Origin: an uncultured Anaerolineaceae bacterium
GTDB lineage: Bacteria > Chloroflexota > Anaerolineae > UBA4142
Reading direction: 5' to 3'
Assembly (NCBI GenBank): GCA_964586085.1
Contig: CAZPIR010000001.1
Coordinates: 15,676-61,291 of the forward strand
Length of the DNA: 45,616 bases
The notes below the pieces were generated by a model. It ran no database searches. It was given only the letters and a program-made list of their open reading frames with translations, and had not been told where the DNA came from. This document shows, in pieces, positions 7,258 through 16,126 of the stretch (within the stretch, counting starts at the first letter, position 1; every line of letters starts with the position of its first letter). Both the position numbers and the translations under genes were made by a program.

Positions 7258-8943
7258 ATGAATTTTCTCCAAGCTTTCTTTGATCCCGCGCTTCGTTTTG
7301 AACGTGCTTATGCCGACCATCTCACCCGGCGTTATCGTTACATTTTGTGGCCCCTGGCTCGTGTTGACCTGACCCGTGATTGGATCGAGCCACGCGGTTT
7401 CCAAGCCGCGCTTGCACAAAACGATCGTCTCGTCATCACCGGCGCCGCCGGGATGGGCAAGACAACCGCGCTGGCGTATCTCGCCTTGGCGAACGGACAA
7501 GCGATTCTCGACGGCGATACGCTCGCAAGCATTCCGCTTTTTTTCAACGCGCGCGATCTTGCCGGCAATTTGCCGCGCATTCCCGATTTGCCGCGCGGTT
7601 TGAACCTGAGCGATGCACTAGCGGCGCAATGCCCGCGCATCTTTTTTGCGAACGTGTTCAACGCCGGGCGCGCAGTTGTTTTAATTGACGACGCCGACGC
7701 GCTGACCGCCGAGCAATTGCAAGCGTGGCTCAAAGATTTTACGAACGTACGCGTAATCGTGACCGCGCAAAAGCCCTTGCCCGGTTGGGCAGAATATCGT
7801 TTGCCCGGTTTTCGTGATGGCGATATTGAAACACTTGCGAAAAAGACGCTGGGCACGGATGCCTTTGTCCACTCACTCAAAGGCGTGCCGCGCGCGCTCA
7901 CGACGAATCCGATGACGTTGACGATGCTCACGCGCATCTGGCGCGAGAGCGAACCTTTGCCCACACGTCGCGCCGCCATCTTTGACGAATACGCGCGCGT
8001 GATTCTCGGCGACCAGGACGAGATTGCAAAAACGCTCGAAGCGATTGCGCTCGCAATTCAACGCGGCAAGCCGGCATCGAACGAGTTCCTTTCGAAATCG
8101 CGCGGACTGTTGCGCGTCGCGAAAAATCGCACCGCCGATTTTGTGCACGATTTGTGGCAGGCGTACTTTGCCGCGCGTGCTCTGCGCGGTCAACCCGACC
8201 TGATGTCCATTCTCGAACATTTGCAAGACCCACTGTGGCAAGAGACCTTGTTGTTTTACGCCGGGCTGGGCGATGCCGATAATCTTGCAGACGCCGTACG
8301 TTCGCGCGGCGATGTGTATTTCACCGGGCGCATTCTCGCGCACGCGCGCCAAGCTCGCGCCGATTTGTACACTTCGGTCACGCACGAGTTGACCCAGTTC
8401 GCGTGGAACGGGGATGCGCGCGCGATTGCGGCGCTCTCGGAGATGAACAGCGAAACAGCGGTGGATGGATACGCGGCGAAACTCAAAGACAAGGATCCGG
8501 CAATTCGTACGCGCGCCGCGCAAGTGTTGGGACAGTTGCAGTTGGATCGCGGCATCGAGTATTTACTGCCGCAACTGCGCGATGTGAATGCGGACGTGCG
8601 CGATCAAGTGGTCGAAGCCCTGGGACGCGCGCGCACCGACCGGGTGATCGAGCCACTACTCGTTGCCCTGCGCGGCGATCCGCGCGCCGGACAAATTGAC
8701 ACGCGTTTGCGAGTTGCCGCCGCCAAAGCGCTCGGCGAAGTTGGCTCGGAACGTGCCGCCCCGGCGTTGATTGTAGATTTGCAAGTGGGCGAGCCGGAAG
8801 TGCGCGCGGTTGCCGCCGAGTCACTCAAACGCATCACCAGTCCGGTCATGCTCGAATCGTTACAGGGCATTGCCCAAACCGGCGACGAAGAAACGCAACG
8901 TTATGCCAAAGAAATTTTGGCGATTGTCAACGGAAGAGGTTAA
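7258..8943 (+). CDS. STAND-class P-loop NTPase (NACHT-like) with C-terminal HEAT/PBS-lyase-type repeats
   Basis: Walker A ITGAAGMGKTTAL and Walker B VVLIDDADAL. NACHT-like TNPMTLTML and FVHDLWQAYFAA. Repeated HEAT units: DPAIRTRAAQVLGQL, NADVRDQVVEALGRA, RLRVAAAKALGEV, EPEVRAVAAESLKRI. The start is set at 7258 (MNFLQ), downstream of the promoter. Confidence 0.85.
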   Translation: MNFLQAFFDPALRFERAYADHLTRRYRYILWPLARVDLTRDWIEPRGFQAALAQNDRLVITGAAGMGKTTALAYLALANGQAILDGDTLASIPLFFNARDLAGNLPRIPDLPRGLNLSDALAAQCPRIFFANVFNAGRAVVLIDDADALTAEQLQAWLKDFTNVRVIVTAQKPLPGWAEYRLPGFRDGDIETLAKKTLGTDAFVHSLKGVPRALTTNPMTLTMLTRIWRESEPLPTRRAAIFDEYARVILGDQDEIAKTLEAIALAIQRGKPASNEFLSKSRGLLRVAKNRTADFVHDLWQAYFAARALRGQPDLMSILEHLQDPLWQETLLFYAGLGDADNLADAVRSRGDVYFTGRILAHARQARADLYTSVTHELTQFAWNGDARAIAALSEMNSETAVDGYAAKLKDKDPAIRTRAAQVLGQLQLDRGIEYLLPQLRDVNADVRDQVVEALGRARTDRVIEPLLVALRGDPRAGQIDTRLRVAAAKALGEVGSERAAPALIVDLQVGEPEVRAVAAESLKRITSPVMLESLQGIAQTGDEETQRYAKEILAIVNGRG

Positions 8944-8945
8944 GT

Positions 8946-9248
8946 ATGGACGCCGCTCCACTCGCGCCTTGGCGCGACCTTTCGCTTGTGTGGTTTATTC
9001 TGTGGACGTTTATTTTTATGCTGATTCCGGGCGCCATCTTTTTCTACGCAGTCAAGGGAATACGCTGGCTCAATCGGCAAACGCGCCACGTGCTTTTGCA
9101 AGGACAAGTGTGGGCGCTACGCATTCAGCAAGGCGCGCACCAGGCATCCGACTCGATTGCCGAGGTGCCGATTCGCGCGCACAGCAACGCGACGCGCGCC
9201 CAGGTGACAGTACGCGGTGTGCTCGATTATTTACGAGGTGAAGAATGA
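8946..9248 (+). CDS. Small membrane protein (100 aa), no family recognised
   Basis: It starts 3 nt after the NTPase stop. The N-terminal hydrophobic stretch is LSLVWFILWTFIFMLIPGAIFFYAV. Confidence 0.6.
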   Translation: MDAAPLAPWRDLSLVWFILWTFIFMLIPGAIFFYAVKGIRWLNRQTRHVLLQGQVWALRIQQGAHQASDSIAEVPIRAHSNATRAQVTVRGVLDYLRGEE

Positions 9249-9550
9249 TGGAACCCCAAACGAATGCAGAGGAAATGTTGGCGCGTGTGAGTGAGGTCGC
9301 AAAAGAGATTCGCAAGAGCGATGCGTATCCGGCGATTATCGGCGGCATTGCCGGTGGCGTTGCCGGCGCATTGATGGCGGCGATGATCGCGAGCCGGGTT
9401 GCGCCGCGCTCTGCCGCACCGGCAAGCGAAGCGAGCGCGACCAAAACATCGCGTCCTGGGTTGTCGGCGCAAGACTTGATGCAGTTAGTGACTGTCATCG
9501 CCTCGCTCGCGCGCCAGGTTCAGGGATTTGTTCAGGAACAAAAGAAATAG
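9245..9550 (+). CDS. Small membrane protein (101 aa) with a glycine-zipper helix
   Basis: ATGA start/stop overlap with the preceding ORF. The helix reads YPAIIGGIAGGVAGALMAAMIASRV. Confidence 0.6.
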   Translation: MMEPQTNAEEMLARVSEVAKEIRKSDAYPAIIGGIAGGVAGALMAAMIASRVAPRSAAPASEASATKTSRPGLSAQDLMQLVTVIASLARQVQGFVQEQKK

Positions 9551-9600
9551 TTCGTGAACGCGGACACTCCCCGTCAATTCAGTCAAGGTCATGCAAACAA

Positions 9601-9632
9601 CAAGGGAGACCCCACCGGTCTCCCTTGTTTTT
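9601..9632. terminator. Intrinsic terminator, probably bidirectional
   Basis: CAAGGGAGACC / GGTCTCCCTTG stem followed by TTTTT. An A-rich tract upstream could serve the convergent minus-strand gene. Confidence 0.8.
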
Positions 9633-9661
9633 CCAACTAGTTTGCCTGTCAACGTGCTCGG
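9633..9661. repeat. Left arm of an imperfect inverted repeat bracketing the NYN gene
   Basis: CCAACTAGTTTGCCTGTCAACGTGCTCGG. Its reverse complement shares CCGAG..TTGACAGGCAA.CTA..GTTGG with 10551-10584. Confidence 0.6.
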
Positions 9662-9664
9662 GGT

Positions 9665-10519
9665 CTATCCTTGAACGAGGGGGGCGGATGCGCTCAGCAC
9701 TTGTTTAACCATCGGGTGTTCCCGATTGAAAAACAGCAAGCGCAGAGTGCGCCCTTCCAAGTCGCGGACTTCATCGCGCAAAATACCACGTTCCTTAAAT
9801 TTGGTCATCACCAGATCCACTTGCATCGGACTCAAATTCACTTGGCTGGTCGGTGAGAGTGCATGAGTCTTGACAAAAAGAAAGGTGAGATACGGGCGGG
9901 TGCGTTCCAAATAGTCAATCAGTTTGATCAAGTGACGTTCGATGTCGGAGATTTCATTAGTCTCGCTAGTCTCGCTTTCGAAGGGCAAAGTTGAATCAAG
10001 CACCGGCGTCGCGGGCGGCATTTCCAACGGCATCACGGCGACCCAATCCGGTTCGGCGATTGGGTCGGCGCTATCCGCCGAAGAGATCAGATCGTTCGAC
10101 ACACTGCCCGGCACACCGGCAATAATCACACGCTTGTTGAAACGATGACGCGCGCGCGCGACGACGCGAATGAAATCGCTGTCGCCGGTCATCAACATCA
10201 ACGTCGTCACCGTCGGGCGGTCGAGCAGACAGTCAATAATGTCCATCAACATTGCCATATCCGACGACGACTTGTGCGCCACATCCGGACTACGACGCGC
10301 AATATCACGCGGCGTGATCCCTGCCACTTCGAGCTTGCGCCGGAAAAAATCCGGATGTTCTGTAAAATCAGCATACGCTACGGCTTGGGCGACTGGTCCG
10401 TACTTGCGCGCTTTTGCCATCAACAATTGCGGATCGGGTTCCCGACCAAAATTGTTTTTCAAACCATAGCGGACGTTCTCAAAGTCTATGAAGAGCGCCA
10501 CTTCACCACTTTCTGCCAT
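9665..10519 (-). CDS. NYN-domain (LabA/DUF88-like) putative RNase with a C-terminal winged-helix-like extension
   Basis: AAGGAGG RBS. VALFIDFENV, AYADF and LMTGDSDF fit the NYN/LabA acidic active-site pattern. Confidence 0.8.
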   Translation of the reverse strand: MAESGEVALFIDFENVRYGLKNNFGREPDPQLLMAKARKYGPVAQAVAYADFTEHPDFFRRKLEVAGITPRDIARRSPDVAHKSSSDMAMLMDIIDCLLDRPTVTTLMLMTGDSDFIRVVARARHRFNKRVIIAGVPGSVSNDLISSADSADPIAEPDWVAVMPLEMPPATPVLDSTLPFESETSETNEISDIERHLIKLIDYLERTRPYLTFLFVKTHALSPTSQVNLSPMQVDLVMTKFKERGILRDEVRDLEGRTLRLLFFNREHPMVKQVLSASAPLVQG

Positions 10520-10550
10520 ACTACCTCCTTGTTTTTTTAAACCTATTTCA

Positions 10551-10584
10551 CCGAGGTTGTTTGACAGGCAAGCTATTTAGTTGG
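10551..10584. repeat. Right arm of the inverted repeat bracketing the NYN gene; contains a TTGACA box
   Basis: CCGAGGTTGTTTGACAGGCAAGCTATTTAGTTGG. TTGACA (10561-10566), an 18-nt spacer and TAACGT could also act as a promoter toward the hydrolase gene. Confidence 0.55.
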
Positions 10585-10634
10585 TAACGTACTCTAGTGA
10601 TGGGCATTCTAATCCGAATGAGTGAATTTTGTCA

Positions 10635-11798
10635 ATGGGCAATGTAATAGAAACATGGGGTCTCGGAGACACGGAAACACCAAGATGGCGGAACAGCCTA
10701 TCGCCGCGTCGCCGTGCCGTCACATTAATTATAAAGATCGTCCAAGTTGTTGCGCTCCTCGTCGTGCTATACGCGCTCGCCGCGCCGCCGCCGATTCTGG
10801 TGACCCTGGGTGCGCCACAAACCGTCCGCACATCGAATCCGAAAATGGGCGTGCACACACGGCTGACCGATGAAGTCGAAGAGTGGAAGATCAAAAAGAA
10901 TTTGGAAATGGTACGCGAGATGGGCGCGCCCTGGATCGTCGAATATTTTGCGTGGGGCTATATCGAGTTCGACGAGAACGAGTACGACTGGTCGCACGCC
11001 GATCAGGTGGTTGACCACGCGCGACAACAGGGCTTGACGGTGATTGCGCGACTGGGATTTGTGCCCTTGTGGGCACGTCCAAAAAATCCGATCACGAGTT
11101 ATCTCGACGAAGTGCGCTATCCGCATTTCGCCAACTTCGTCCGCGAGTTTGTCGCGCATTTCAAAGGGCGCGTGCATCACATCATCATTTGGAACGAACC
11201 GAACGTCAATCTGGAATGGGGCTATCGTCCGGTTGACCCGGCCGGATACACGCGAATGTTGCGAGCCGTTTATCCGGCGGCGAAACAAGCCGACCCCGAT
11301 ATTCAAATCCTGGCTGGCGCGCTCGCGCCGAACCTTGCGCCGGTCGGCTCGGCGGATGCAATGAACGACCTGGATTATTTGCAACAGATGTACGACGCCG
11401 GCGCGCGCGATTATTTCGACGCGCTCTCTGCGCACGCGTACGGCTGGACGAGTCCGGCGGATGAAGCGCCCGCGCCCAATCGCGTGAATTTCCGGCGCAC
11501 GGAATTATTGCGCGACATTATGATTCAGAATGGCGACGCGGCAAAACATATTTTGATTACCGAAGGTGGTTGGAACGATCATCCACGTTGGACGAAAGCG
11601 GTACATCCCGCCGAACGCATCCAGCACACGTTGCGCGCGTTTGACATTTGCCGTGACTGGGATTGGCTCGATGCATGCGCGTTGTGGGCATTCCGTTATC
11701 CGTTTCCTTCACAAACGTATCTCGATTATTTTTCGTTCGTCACGCCGGATTTTGACCCCAAGCCGATTTATTATGAAGTTCAAAAATATGCGCGATAG
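10635..11798 (+). CDS. Membrane-anchored glycoside hydrolase, clan GH-A TIM barrel (GH39/GH5-like)
   Basis: N-terminal TM helix IVQVVALLVVLYALAA. Acid/base motif IIIWNEPNV and nucleophile motif ILITEGGWN. The start is either the ATG at 10635 or the TTG at 10629. Confidence 0.8.
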   Translation: MGNVIETWGLGDTETPRWRNSLSPRRRAVTLIIKIVQVVALLVVLYALAAPPPILVTLGAPQTVRTSNPKMGVHTRLTDEVEEWKIKKNLEMVREMGAPWIVEYFAWGYIEFDENEYDWSHADQVVDHARQQGLTVIARLGFVPLWARPKNPITSYLDEVRYPHFANFVREFVAHFKGRVHHIIIWNEPNVNLEWGYRPVDPAGYTRMLRAVYPAAKQADPDIQILAGALAPNLAPVGSADAMNDLDYLQQMYDAGARDYFDALSAHAYGWTSPADEAPAPNRVNFRRTELLRDIMIQNGDAAKHILITEGGWNDHPRWTKAVHPAERIQHTLRAFDICRDWDWLDACALWAFRYPFPSQTYLDYFSFVTPDFDPKPIYYEVQKYAR

Positions 11799-12678
11799 TC
11801 GCCAATCGCCCGTCGCCCGTCAACAGACAACAAGCACGCAAGCGCAGGTGTCACGTATCACGTTTTTACGTTGCGGCACTCTTCCCTTAACTATCCTTGC
11901 CTTGATTGCGTTGCTCATCCTGGCGTACGTGACCTGGTTTCCCAAGCCGCCGCCAAAACCGGATGCGGCGTGGGCGCGCATTCTCGAAGAAGGCGAGTTT
12001 CGCGTGGGGATGGATCCGTCGTTCCCGCCGTTCGAGTCGGAAGATGGACACGGCAATCTGAGCGGGCTGGACATTGCGCTCGCGAAGGAAATGGCGCGTG
12101 TGTGGTCGCAACAAAACAACACGACGATCAACGTCAATTTTGTCTACAACGGTTTCGACGGGCTGTACGATGCACTGCTCGCCGGACAGTACGATGTGAT
12201 TTTGTCGGCTTTGCCGTACGACGCCAAGAAAACCCAGGATGTGCGATTTACCTTGGCGTACTATGATGGCGGTCCGCGTCTTATCGTGCGCGAAAGTGAC
12301 GTGACGACAAAAACATACGCCGACCTGGAAGGCAAACGCATCGGCATCGAGCTGGGTTCGACCGGGGACAGTTTTGCGCGGCGTTGGCAGAGACGGCTCA
12401 AGTACGATTTGCAAATGTTCAACTCGCCAAGCGACGCGTTGCGCGCGCTGACCCTAGGTCAGGTGGACGCGGTGTTTACGGATTACATCGCGTTCAGCGA
12501 TTTTATTCGCGAGACGCGCGGCATCAAAATCGTCGGCGAGCCGTTGGTCAACGAATTGACGGTGATGGCGGTGCGCAAAGACACGCCGGATTTGTACGCG
12601 CAAATCAATGCGGTGATTGCGGCGATGAAGCAGGATGGACGCCTGGAACAACTCGAACAAGAGTGGCTGGTCAAATAA
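11788..12678 (+). CDS. Family-3 (polar amino acid type) ABC substrate-binding protein with an N-terminal membrane anchor
   Basis: FRVGMDPSFPPFESEDGHGNLSGLDIALAKEMA, and later DAVFTDYIA. Candidate starts are the ATGs at 11788 and 11773. The ORF-track start at 11566 overlaps the hydrolase gene. Confidence 0.8.
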   Translation: MRDSRQSPVARQQTTSTQAQVSRITFLRCGTLPLTILALIALLILAYVTWFPKPPPKPDAAWARILEEGEFRVGMDPSFPPFESEDGHGNLSGLDIALAKEMARVWSQQNNTTINVNFVYNGFDGLYDALLAGQYDVILSALPYDAKKTQDVRFTLAYYDGGPRLIVRESDVTTKTYADLEGKRIGIELGSTGDSFARRWQRRLKYDLQMFNSPSDALRALTLGQVDAVFTDYIAFSDFIRETRGIKIVGEPLVNELTVMAVRKDTPDLYAQINAVIAAMKQDGRLEQLEQEWLVK

Positions 12679-12713
12679 AACGGGACGATGTTTGCATCGT
12701 CCCGTTGTTTTTT
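12679..12713. terminator. Bidirectional intrinsic terminator
   Basis: AACGGGACGATG / CATCGTCCCGTT 12-bp stem, followed by GTTTTTT and preceded by an A-run. Confidence 0.85.
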
Positions 12714-13341
12714 AGCGCGCGCCCAACTCTTGCAATTGCAATTCGGCTTGCTTGCGCATCGCCGGATCCTGGGTCAGTTCGAGCACCCGCTTTAAATCAG
12801 CAATGGCGTTTTCGCTGTCGCGGCGCACGGCACGCGCACTACCACGCGCGAATAACGCCGAAATCATTTTGGGGTTCAGGTCAAGCGCCTGCGAAAATTC
12901 GTCAATCGCCTGAAGCAAATTACCCATCTCGCCGTACAAAATGCCGCGATTGTAAAATGCTTCGGCAAAATCCGGTTTAAGTTCGACTGCCCGATCAAAA
13001 TCGGCGAGTGCCGCGCTGAAATCGCCTTTCTCATCGAGAATCACGCCACGCTGGTTGTACGCTTCAGCGTAATCGCGTTTGTACAAGATCGCCTCGCTAA
13101 AGTCTGCAAATGCGCGTCCCCACGACCCAGCACGGCGATGCGCGAGTCCGCGTTGATAGTAAGCTTCGGCAAACCCAGGTTTGAGTTTGAGCGCCTGCGT
13201 GTAATCGGCAATGGCGCGCGTAGAGTCGCCTTGATCGAACGCGGCGCGTCCACGCGCAACATATCCTTCGGCGGTGTTGGGTTCAAACATGCTACACGCG
13301 GTCAGAACAAGCAAGACACACAAGCACACGTATCGCACCAT
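12712..13341 (-). CDS. TPR-repeat lipoprotein
   Basis: Lipobox LVLTAC. Repeated TPR units such as AIADYTQALKLKPGFAEAYYQRG and ALADFDRAVELKPDFAEAFYNRG. Confidence 0.9.
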   Translation of the reverse strand: MVRYVCLCVLLVLTACSMFEPNTAEGYVARGRAAFDQGDSTRAIADYTQALKLKPGFAEAYYQRGLAHRRAGSWGRAFADFSEAILYKRDYAEAYNQRGVILDEKGDFSAALADFDRAVELKPDFAEAFYNRGILYGEMGNLLQAIDEFSQALDLNPKMISALFARGSARAVRRDSENAIADLKRVLELTQDPAMRKQAELQLQELGAR

Positions 13342-13371
13342 CTTGTCCCTCCCCTAAACCCATCACATTTT

Positions 13372-13641
13372 TTACAAAACGTACAACACTTGATCGTGCC
13401 CGGTGAGTTCACGATACAACGCATCGAGTTGTTCGCGGCTCTGCGCGGTGAAGGTTGCCGTGACGGCAAGATACGAGCCGTTCTCGATTGGTCGGCACAC
13501 AATGTCCGCATCGAGCAAATCGGGCGCATGACGCCGCACGATTTCGGTCACAGTCAATTCGAATGTGCCGCTGTGTTTGCCGATGGCTTTGATGGGAAAC
13601 AACATCGGAAATTTCATTATGGGATCATCGAGACGGTTCAA
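13372..13641 (-). CDS. DUF493 / YbeD-like small protein
   Basis: The FPMLFPIKAIG pattern and the 89-aa size fit YbeD. TTG start with an AGGAG RBS 7 nt upstream. Confidence 0.65.
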   Translation of the reverse strand: MNRLDDPIMKFPMLFPIKAIGKHSGTFELTVTEIVRRHAPDLLDADIVCRPIENGSYLAVTATFTAQSREQLDALYRELTGHDQVLYVL

Positions 13642-13790
13642 CGCAATGCTCCTGAATCGCGTCCGACGACGGATGAACGACGACAGACGCAGGAATGGGA
13701 CAACGTATCTTCATCGGCAAATTTAACTTTTTCGCGCAGTGGAATATAATAAAGGGCGTTCTTGAGCATTCATCCAAAAGAGGAATTTGT

Positions 13791-14654
13791 ATGCCCCTGC
13801 GATTTCTGCACATACCCAAAACTGCCGGCGCAACGTTTTAGGAAATTCTCAGACGCCAGTATCGCGGCAAAAGTCATTTCTTTTTCGACGGACATAGCGC
13901 CACCGATGTCGCCCGGTTTAATCGCTTGACCGATGTGGAAAAAAGCCAAGTCGAATTATTTATGGGACATGCCCCTATCGCAACCGGCGTGCCCGAAGCA
14001 GATAACGCCTCGATCATCACCTTTCTTAGAGACCCGATTAAACGCGTCAAGTCCTTTTGCCAACATGTGTCCGAAGGCAAGTCGCCTTATCTGGAAAAAG
14101 CGTACGCCCCCGACACATTCAATTTGGACCAATTCTTGGACAGCGGGAACACCGAGTTGGTGAATCTTCAGACCAAAATGTTAATCAATACCGGTGATAA
14201 TGCTTCTTCAGCTTTATTGAACACCATGTCGCCAGACGAAGCTAGAGAGCGGGCTCTGGCAAATCTGTTTAATCGTGTATCGTATTTCGGTTTGACCGAG
14301 TTCTTTGACGCGAGCTTGATGATCTTTAGCCAAGCGTTGGCTTGGTCTACGCCGTTCTACTTTTCGATCAACCGCCCAGATACCGCTCACTTGATCGAAT
14401 TCAAAGAGCATCATCTTCGTCGGATCGCCGAGCTGAATCAAATAGATATTCAAGTCTATAATACCGCGCAAGCCCATTTGATGACTATCGTGAACAGTCC
14501 CCAATTTGACAAGGCGCAGCTAGAGCGATTTCAATCTCGCAATGCCCTGCTCTCGCCCGCGATGCATCTGCAATATCTCGTCCACACTAGAGCAATTTCA
14601 ATTCCGCAACGCCTTGCGCGCACCCGGTCGAAAACCGAAACACCTTGTCCGTGA
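13791..14654 (+). pseudogene. Sulfotransferase-family gene interrupted by an in-frame TAG at 13839-13841
   Basis: AAGAGGA RBS and an ATG at 13791 encode MPLRFLHIPKTAGATF (a PAPS 5'-phosphosulfate loop). A TAG follows, and the same frame continues with EILRRQY...FLRDPIKRVKSF into the 242-aa ORF. The region is visibly AT-richer than its flanks. Confidence 0.75.
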
Positions 14655-14731
14655 ACTCGCCGGCACCTGGGCACGATAATGCCTGCAAGTGCTTGCTCAA
14701 GATCAAACACTTGCATTCGTAAACCTACCCA

Positions 14732-15370
14732 TCAGGGTCGCATGCTCGCAATGATCGGACGCAAGCCGTTGAAAAAAAACTCGACGGCAATCGCCATCAC
14801 GATCAAACCCATAATCCGTAGTAAGATTTTATTCCCCGCACTCCCCAGCGCGTGCATCACCTGCCGCGCGCCAATCAAAAACACCAGGGTCAAAATCAGC
14901 ACCGCCGTAATCGCGCCGATGAGCGCGATTTGTTTTTCGAGAATGCCGGTCGTTTCGTTCATCAACACGATCACCGTCGCAATCGCGCCCGGTCCGGCGA
15001 TGATCGGAATACCAATCGGCGTGATCGCAATGTCTTCAATGTAATCGCTGACCGATTGCTCGTCGGATTTGGTGCGCGTGAGCCGCGCCTCGAGCATCTC
15101 GTAACCCATGATGAAAAAGATAATGCCGCCGACAATGCGCAGACTGTTGACCGAGATGCCAAAGAAATCGAATATGAAACGCCCGGTCAGCGCAAAGGCG
15201 ATGAGCGCGAGCCACGCCGTGATCGTCGCGCGAACGGCAACGCGCCGCGATTCGTGATGCGACAACTTGTGCGTGGTCGAGACAAACACCGGCAGGGCGC
15301 CGAGCGGGTCAATGATCGTAAACAGCGAAACGAAACAGAGCAAGCCGAATTGGATGGTTAGAGTGTTCAT
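14732..15370 (-). CDS. MarC-family (UPF0056) integral membrane protein
   Basis: LFTIIDPLGALPVF N-terminal signature and six hydrophobic segments. Confidence 0.85.
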   Translation of the reverse strand: MNTLTIQFGLLCFVSLFTIIDPLGALPVFVSTTHKLSHHESRRVAVRATITAWLALIAFALTGRFIFDFFGISVNSLRIVGGIIFFIMGYEMLEARLTRTKSDEQSVSDYIEDIAITPIGIPIIAGPGAIATVIVLMNETTGILEKQIALIGAITAVLILTLVFLIGARQVMHALGSAGNKILLRIMGLIVMAIAVEFFFNGLRPIIASMRP

Positions 15371-15412
15371 CGCGACCCACTTGTATCACAAGCCAGGAGA
15401 TTGTCAAGCCGT

Positions 15413-16126
15413 TTAACGCGCGCCGGCATTCTCTAAAACTTTCGCAATCTCGGTGTAACCACGTTGCCGCGCATGGGCGAGCGGTGTGATGCCGTTACCA
15501 TCCGCAAGATTCACATCCGCGCCCGCGTTCACCAACAACTGCACAACCTGGGTGTGTCGCGCGCCGCCATTGCCCAGGATAATCGCTTCGAGGAGCGCGG
15601 TCCAGTTCAAGCGGTTGATGTGATTCACCTTGATGTCGGTCTTGAGCAATTCTTGAATGACCTCGACGTGTCCACGATCTGCCGCGCGAATTAACCCGGT
15701 GCCATTGTACGAATCGGTGCGATGCACGTCTGCCCCGGCTTGGAGCGTGAGCCGGAGCAGTTCGAGGTATCCTTCCGAGGTCGTGATGAGAAACGCGCTC
15801 TGCCTGGTCTGATCTTGCACATTCACATCCGCGCCGGCTTGAATCAACACCCGCGCCACCTCGACGTGATTGCCGTACGTTGCGGCGATCAATGCCGTCG
15901 CGCCGCTTGCATCGGTTGCCGTCACCTGCGCGCCTTGCGCGAGCAAGGTCTTGACGTTGGCAAGGTCGCCACTCCGCGCCGCCACAATCAACGCCGCATC
16001 CAGGTCCCGCGCATCACGCGTCGGCGCGATTGTCGTCGCGGGACGCGGGGTGGGCGATTCAGCGCACGCGGTCAACGCGCCGACCAATACAAACAGCCAC
16101 GCAAATTCAAATGCACCTTTTATCAA
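15413..16126 (-). CDS. Ankyrin-repeat lipoprotein
   Basis: Lipobox LVGALTAC. At least four ANK units (G.TALI.A...GH.EV...L...GADVN). Confidence 0.9.
   Translation of the reverse strand: MIKGAFEFAWLFVLVGALTACAESPTPRPATTIAPTRDARDLDAALIVAARSGDLANVKTLLAQGAQVTATDASGATALIAATYGNHVEVARVLIQAGADVNVQDQTRQSAFLITTSEGYLELLRLTLQAGADVHRTDSYNGTGLIRAADRGHVEVIQELLKTDIKVNHINRLNWTALLEAIILGNGGARHTQVVQLLVNAGADVNLADGNGITPLAHARQRGYTEIAKVLENAGAR

Noticed and set aside
11566-11787. ORF-track start of the solute-binding protein at 11566
   Set aside because: The first roughly 70 codons overlap the 3' end of the glycoside hydrolase in another frame and are Arg/Ser/Ile-rich nonsense. Starts at 11773 or 11788 precede the membrane anchor.
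13839-13841. Amber codon read as pyrrolysine, or a reassigned sense codon
   Set aside because: TAG terminates several well-defined genes in this same window (pyrH, uppS, kdpB, kdpC). I saw no pyl genes or PYLIS-like context. Nonsense mutation or sequencing error is the simpler explanation.
14685-14715. Hairpin TGCAAGTG-16 nt-CACTTGCA between the sulfotransferase and MarC genes as a terminator
   Set aside because: The stem is only 8 bp, the loop is large and neither side has a T-run. This is too weak to call.
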